Both the position numbers and the translations under genes were made by a program. Positions 59,005-64,000 of a DNA stretch of 64,000 bases are shown piece by piece. Every line of letters begins with the position of its first letter. Positions within the stretch are counted from its first letter, which is position 1. The notes below the pieces were generated by a model. It had not been told where the DNA came from. It saw only the letters and a list, made by a program, of their open reading frames with translations, and did no database searches. The stretch is taken from the NCBI GenBank assembly GCA_963817955.1, contig CAWFQK010000002.1, positions 736,001 to 800,000 on the forward strand. The letters run 5' to 3'. The stretch is from an uncultured Gemmatimonadaceae bacterium. Its GTDB lineage: Bacteria; Gemmatimonadota; Gemmatimonadetes; Gemmatimonadales; Gemmatimonadaceae.

Positions 59005-62000
59005 ATGTCCTTCGTCCACCTGCATTGCCACTCGGAGTACTCACTCCTCGACGGCGCCAACCGGATCGACGACCTGATCCGCCGTGCCCAGGAGTTCGAG
59101 CAACCCGCCCTGGCAATCACCGACCACGGTAACCTTCACGCCGCCTGGGAGTTCCAGGAAAAGGCCAAGAAGGCGAAAGTGAAACCGATCATCGGGATGG
59201 AGGCGTACGTCGCCCCCGGTGACCGACGGGCTCGTACACGTCCCGCTCCAGGTGCTAAAGCGTACTACCACCTGGTATTGCTCGCCCGCGACATGGTGGG
59301 CTACAAGAATCTCGTCAAGCTCTCCTCGCTTGCCTATACCGAGGGCTTCTACTCAAAGCCGCGCGTCGACCGCGAGCTGCTCGCCCAATACGGCGAAGGA
59401 CTCATCGTTTCATCTGCCTGCCTGGCCGGCGAAGTCGCCCAGCATTTGATGGCCGAACGGGTCGATGAAGCGCGTGAGGTTGCGGCATGGTACGCCGAGC
59501 TGTTCAAGGGCCGGTACTACCTCGAGGTGCAGGCACACGAATCCCAGGGCCAAGCCAAGCTCAATCAGCGGATCTTTGCGCTCGCCGAGGAGCTCGGATT
59601 GCCCGTGATCGCGACGAACGATGCGCATTTTCTGCGCAGCGAGGATCACGACTCGCACGACGTTCTCCTCTGCATCGGCCTCGGCAAGGACCGGAGCGAC
59701 GCAGACCGCATGAAGTACGACCGCGGCTTGTACTTCAAGAGCGCGCCGGAGATCGCGAACCATTTCAAGTCGCGTCCCGACGTACTCGAGACCACGCTCA
59801 AGATCGCCGACGAGATTTCCGTCGAATTCGGCAAGACGTACCACGTGCCGGCCTTCCCGCTGCCACCCGGTGTGCCGAGCGAGAATGAGCTGCTGATGCG
59901 GATGGCGACGGCGGGCGCCAAGGAGCGCTACGGTGATCCGCTGTCCGCCCAGGTGCAGGAACGGCTCGATTATGAGCTCGGCGTCATCACCAAGACGGGA
60001 TACGCCGGCTACTTCCTCATCGTCTCCGATTTCATCAAGGCGGCGCGCGACCGCGGCATTCCAGTCGGACCGGGCCGCGGTTCGGCGGCAGGCTCGCTCG
60101 TGGCGTACGCGCTCAAGATCACGAACGTCTGCCCGCTCACGTACGATCTCCTGTTCGAGCGCTTTCTGAATCCGGAACGCGTCTCCATGCCGGACGTCGA
60201 CGTGGACTTCTGCTTCGAGCGGCGTGGCGAAGTGATCGAATACGTGCGGCAGAAGTACGGCAGGCAATCCGTCTGTCAGATCGTGACGTTCGGAACCATG
60301 AAGTCGCGGGCCGCGGTGAAGGACGTAGGCCGCACGCTCGGCTTCACGCCGGCGGAAACCGACGCGCTGGCCAAGCTCATCCCGAACGCGCCGAACTTTT
60401 CGCTCACCGTGAGCGAAGCCATCGAACAGGTGCCGGACGTCGGCAAGCTGTATCGAACGGATGAGCGCTACCGGCAGCTGTTGGACTACGCAAAAGCGCT
60501 CGAGGGCCTGTCGCGTCATACGGGCGTACACGCCGCGGGGGTGGTGATCGCGCCAGGCCCGGTGGATGAGTACGTGCCAGTCTGCACGCAGTCATCGAAG
60601 GGCGCGGGCTCGAATGGCGAAGAGTCGGTGATCGTCAGCCAGTACGACATGAACTGTCTCGAGCATGCGGGAATGCTCAAGATGGACTTCCTGGGGCTGA
60701 CGACGCTCACCGTGATCCACGACGCCCTCGTCTCGATCGAACAACGGACGGGTGAGCGCATCGACATCGACGCGATTCCCCTCGACGACGAGAAGGTCTA
60801 TCAGATGCTGCGCGCCGGCCGCACCATCGGCGTGTTCCAGTTCGAGTCGGCGTTGGCCACGGACATCTTGCGCAGCATGCGATGCGATCGGTTCGACGAT
60901 CTCGTGGCGTCGAATGCGCTGATGCGCCCCGGGCCGCTCGACGCCGGCATGCATCGCGTCTATCAGCGGCGCAAGCGCGGCGAAGAGCCGGTGACGTACG
61001 CGCTGCCCGAGCTCGAGGCCATTCTCGAGTCGACGTACGGGGTCATCACCTATCAGGAGCAGGTGATGCGTATCGCGCAGGTGCTCGCCGGACTCTCGCT
61101 CGCCGAAGCCGACGTGCTCCGCAAAGCGGTCGGCAAGAAGGACGCGGAGCTCATCCGGAAGGAGCTGGGCAAGTTCACCGAGAAGTCGGTGGCCCGCGGG
61201 TACAACCGCAAGATCATCGAGGAGCTCGCGGGGCAGATCGAGACGTTCGGCCGCTACGGGTTCAACAAGTCCCACGCGGTGGCGTACTCGGTCATCTCGT
61301 ATCAGACCGCCTGGCTCAAGGCGCACCATCCCGCCGATTTCATCGCGGCGTTGCTGTCGTCGTCGATCGGCGATACAGACAACGTGGTCAAGTTCATCAA
61401 CGAAGCGCGCGAAATCGGCATCGAAGTGCTGGCCCCCGATGTGAACGAGTCCGGCTACAAGTTCACGGTGATCGGCGAGAAGAAGATTCGCTTCGGCCTC
61501 GGCGCCATCCGCAACGTCGGTCGTTCGGCGATCGATTCGATTCTCTCGGCGCGGCGCGAGCGGCCGTTCTCGTCGTTCTATGATCTCTGCGAACACATCG
61601 ACCTGCGCGTCTGCAACAAGCGCGTCTTCGAGGCATTGATCGCCTCGGGGGCGCTCGACAATCTCGGTGGCCATCGCGCGCAGTTCTTCGCCGTGCTCGA
61701 CTCCGCGCTGCAGGAGGCGTCGCTCAAGCAGCAGGAAGCGGCAGTGGGTCAATTTTCGTTGCTCGGCGGCGACGACGCCGCCCCCGGCGCCCAGGCACCG
61801 CGCATCCTGCCCAACCTGCCGGAGATGAACGAGTCGGAGCGGTTGACGAAGGAAAAGGAGATCCTCGGCTTCTATATCTCCGGTCATCCGCTCGAGCCGT
61901 TCCGGCTGGAGTGCGAGCTGTTTGCCAGCCATACCGTGTCCCAACTCGGCAAGTGGACGGATCAGGCTGTGTCGCTCGGCGTGGTGGTGACGGCGATCAA

Positions 62001-62493
62001 GCGTCAGACCAGCAAACGGTCGGGCGCAGAGTTCGCACGGTTGACAGTTGAGGATTTTTCGGGATCTTCCGAAGTTCTGGTCTTCCCCGAAGCCTGGACG
62101 ATGTTGGGGGATCGGGTGAAGACGGATGTCCCTGTCTTGTTGAAGGGCAGCTATTCGCGGCGCGATCAGGACGTGGAGAGCCCGACGTTCATCGTCGAGT
62201 CACTCACGCCTTTCGTGGAAATGCGGCTCACGGGACAGGTAGCGGTCGCAATCGACTTGACGTCGGGCGCGCCGCTCTCGCCCGACGTGATGCTGGATGT
62301 ACGCGCAGTAGTCGAGACGCACGCCACGGCGCAGTCGTCGTCGCCGCTGCTCGAAGTGCAGTGGAGTGATGGAAACGGCGCGCGCGCCCGCTTGCGGTCG
62401 CGTTCGTTGAGAATTGCGGCTTCACAGGCCGCCTTAACGGATCTGCGTGCGCTGCTCGGCGCGGATCGTGTTCGTCTCGTTCGCGGGAGCTGA
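59005..62493 (+). CDS. dnaE: DNA polymerase III alpha subunit
   Basis: PHP domain [21 protein letters not shown], catalytic PDVDVDF, KMDFLGL and FNKSHA motifs. Confidence 0.97.
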   Translation: MSFVHLHCHSEYSLLDGANRIDDLIRRAQEFEQPALAITDHGNLHAAWEFQEKAKKAKVKPIIGMEAYVAPGDRRARTRPAPGAKAYYHLVLLARDMVGYKNLVKLSSLAYTEGFYSKPRVDRELLAQYGEGLIVSSACLAGEVAQHLMAERVDEAREVAAWYAELFKGRYYLEVQAHESQGQAKLNQRIFALAEELGLPVIATNDAHFLRSEDHDSHDVLLCIGLGKDRSDADRMKYDRGLYFKSAPEIANHFKSRPDVLETTLKIADEISVEFGKTYHVPAFPLPPGVPSENELLMRMATAGAKERYGDPLSAQVQERLDYELGVITKTGYAGYFLIVSDFIKAARDRGIPVGPGRGSAAGSLVAYALKITNVCPLTYDLLFERFLNPERVSMPDVDVDFCFERRGEVIEYVRQKYGRQSVCQIVTFGTMKSRAAVKDVGRTLGFTPAETDALAKLIPNAPNFSLTVSEAIEQVPDVGKLYRTDERYRQLLDYAKALEGLSRHTGVHAAGVVIAPGPVDEYVPVCTQSSKGAGSNGEESVIVSQYDMNCLEHAGMLKMDFLGLTTLTVIHDALVSIEQRTGERIDIDAIPLDDEKVYQMLRAGRTIGVFQFESALATDILRSMRCDRFDDLVASNALMRPGPLDAGMHRVYQRRKRGEEPVTYALPELEAILESTYGVITYQEQVMRIAQVLAGLSLAEADVLRKAVGKKDAELIRKELGKFTEKSVARGYNRKIIEELAGQIETFGRYGFNKSHAVAYSVISYQTAWLKAHHPADFIAALLSSSIGDTDNVVKFINEAREIGIEVLAPDVNESGYKFTVIGEKKIRFGLGAIRNVGRSAIDSILSARRERPFSSFYDLCEHIDLRVCNKRVFEALIASGALDNLGGHRAQFFAVLDSALQEASLKQQEAAVGQFSLLGGDDAAPGAQAPRILPNLPEMNESERLTKEKEILGFYISGHPLEPFRLECELFASHTVSQLGKWTDQAVSLGVVVTAIKRQTSKRSGAEFARLTVEDFSGSSEVLVFPEAWTMLGDRVKTDVPVLLKGSYSRRDQDVESPTFIVESLTPFVEMRLTGQVAVAIDLTSGAPLSPDVMLDVRAVVETHATAQSSSPLLEVQWSDGNGARARLRSRSLRIAASQAALTDLRALLGADRVRLVRGS

Positions 62494-62494
62494 C

Positions 62495-63463
62495 GTGGGG
62501 ACGTCCGTAGCCATGGATTTCGAAAAGCCGATTCTCGAGCTGGAACGCCAGATCGAGGAGTTGAAGCGTCTGGCGGGCGGCCAACAGTTGGACGTCGAGA
62601 AGGAGATCGCGCCGCTGCAGAAGAAGCTCGCCGGCCTGCGCGAGGAGATTTACAGAAATCTCACGCCCTGGCAGCGCGTGCAGGTGGCGCGGAGCACCAA
62701 GCGCCCCTTCACGCTGGACTACATCCAGATGGCGTTCACCGACTTCATCGAGCTGCACGGCGATCGTGCGTTCCGTGAGGACGCGGCGATCGTCGGCGGA
62801 TGGGCGCGCCTGGATGGCGAGACCGTGATGGTCATTGGCCAGCAGCGCGGCCGCGACACGAAGGAGATCGTGCGGCGCAACTTCGGCATGCCGCATCCGG
62901 AGGGCTATCGCAAGGCGCTGCGACTGATGAAGCTCGCCGAGAAGTTCCATGTCCCGGTGCTCACGTTCATCGACACGATGGGCGCGTGGGCGGGGCTCGG
63001 TGCCGAGGAACGAGGCCAGTCGGAAGCGATCGCGCGGAATCTGTTCGAGATGAGCCGGCTCGAAGTGCCGATCATCGCCACCGTGATTGGCGAGGGTGGC
63101 TCCGGCGGCGCGCTCGCGCTCGGTGTCTCCGACCGCACGAACATGCTGGAGAATGCGATCTACTCGGTGATCACCGTCGAGGGCTGCGCGTCGATCCTGT
63201 GGAAGGACGGCAAGAGCCAGGAACTGCGCGAGAAGGCCGCGGCGGCACTACACATTACCGCGCAGGACCTCCTCGACCTGCGTGTCGTGGACGAGATCAT
63301 CCCCGAGCCGCCCGGCGGTGCCCACGCGAATCACGAAGGCACCGCAGCCGCCGTGCACGACACGCTGGTGAGGCAGATCGAGGACCTCCGCCGCTACAAG
63401 CCGGATAAGCTCGTGCGGCGGCGGCGGGATAAGTTTCTGAGAATGGGACAGTATCTCGAATAG
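62495..63463 (+). CDS. accA: acetyl-CoA carboxylase carboxyltransferase alpha
   Basis: [29 protein letters not shown] and GEGGSGGA motifs. Start is 62495 (GTG) or 62513 (ATG). Confidence 0.95.
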   Translation: MGTSVAMDFEKPILELERQIEELKRLAGGQQLDVEKEIAPLQKKLAGLREEIYRNLTPWQRVQVARSTKRPFTLDYIQMAFTDFIELHGDRAFREDAAIVGGWARLDGETVMVIGQQRGRDTKEIVRRNFGMPHPEGYRKALRLMKLAEKFHVPVLTFIDTMGAWAGLGAEERGQSEAIARNLFEMSRLEVPIIATVIGEGGSGGALALGVSDRTNMLENAIYSVITVEGCASILWKDGKSQELREKAAAALHITAQDLLDLRVVDEIIPEPPGGAHANHEGTAAAVHDTLVRQIEDLRRYKPDKLVRRRRDKFLRMGQYLE

Positions 63464-63465
63464 AC

Positions 63466-64000
63466 GTGCCGCATCTGATTGAAGTCGCCTTCAAAGGCAA
63501 CCGAAAGGATTTCTTCCTCTGGGAGTACGACGAGACGCCCGCTGTGAACGCGGCCGTCATCGTCGAGGCCGACCGAGGAGAAGATCTGGGCATCGTGCAT
63601 GCCGTCGGTGAGCTCGCGCAGAAGCGCAACGCCGGGACGCCGCACGGATACGGCGCGGCGGGCACGACGAAAGTGGCGCGGCGGCTGGCGACGGACGAAG
63701 AGGTGCAGCGCGCGAACGAGTTGCGCGCGCAGGATGAAGATGCTCGCCGGCGCGCCATGGAGCGCGTCAAGGCCAACCACCTCGTCATGAAACTGTCCGA
63801 CGCCGAGTGGCAGCTGGATCGCAAGAAGCTCACGCTGTACTTCACGGCGGAAAAGCGCGTCGACTTTCGCACACTCGTGCGCGAGCTCGCATCGATGTTC
63901 CGGACGCGCATCGAGTTGAAGCAGATCGGTGTGCGCGACGAGGCAAAGCGGCTCGACGGCATCGGGCGGTGCGGACGGCAGTACTGTTCCGCATCCTGGC
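63466..64000 (+). CDS. ricT: PSP1/YaaT (RicT) family protein, 3'-truncated; not in the ORF track
   Basis: Hand translation from GTG 63466: PHLIEVAFKGNRK...VEADRGEDLG...YFTAEKRVDFRTLVRELA...RIELKQIGVRDEAKRLDGIGRCGRQYC. Confidence 0.88.
   Translation, partial: MPHLIEVAFKGNRKDFFLWEYDETPAVNAAVIVEADRGEDLGIVHAVGELAQKRNAGTPHGYGAAGTTKVARRLATDEEVQRANELRAQDEDARRRAMERVKANHLVMKLSDAEWQLDRKKLTLYFTAEKRVDFRTLVRELASMFRTRIELKQIGVRDEAKRLDGIGRCGRQYCSASW

Overview
GC-rich bacterial chromosome segment; gene style suggests Gemmatimonadota (inference, not checked). Most of it is housekeeping: acyl-CoA ligase, pterin genes (PTPS, folE), a nurA-herA-X-mre11-rad50 repair operon, aspartate aminotransferase, tdk, a minor-pilin cluster, coaE, gcvH/gcvP, an Opp/Dpp ABC transporter plus a POT transporter, lipA-pdhABC-lpd-lipB, a UvrD helicase, dnaE, accA and a partial ricT. 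The most striking signal is a family of nested palindromic intergenic elements at five sites (about 3.3, 7.2, 20.6, 27.9 and 54.9 kb). One copy carries an intact GxxExxY (PD-(D/E)xK-like) nuclease gene between 90-bp inverted arms. Three copies share the same internal deletion of that gene, and one is a half element. Arm sequences vary between copies but match within a copy, and every copy abuts a TGA stop codon. This looks like an autonomous/non-autonomous mobile system whose only candidate enzyme is GxxExxY rather than a known transposase (inference). Start codons were refined by eye where the ORF track overshoots. No database searches were run.
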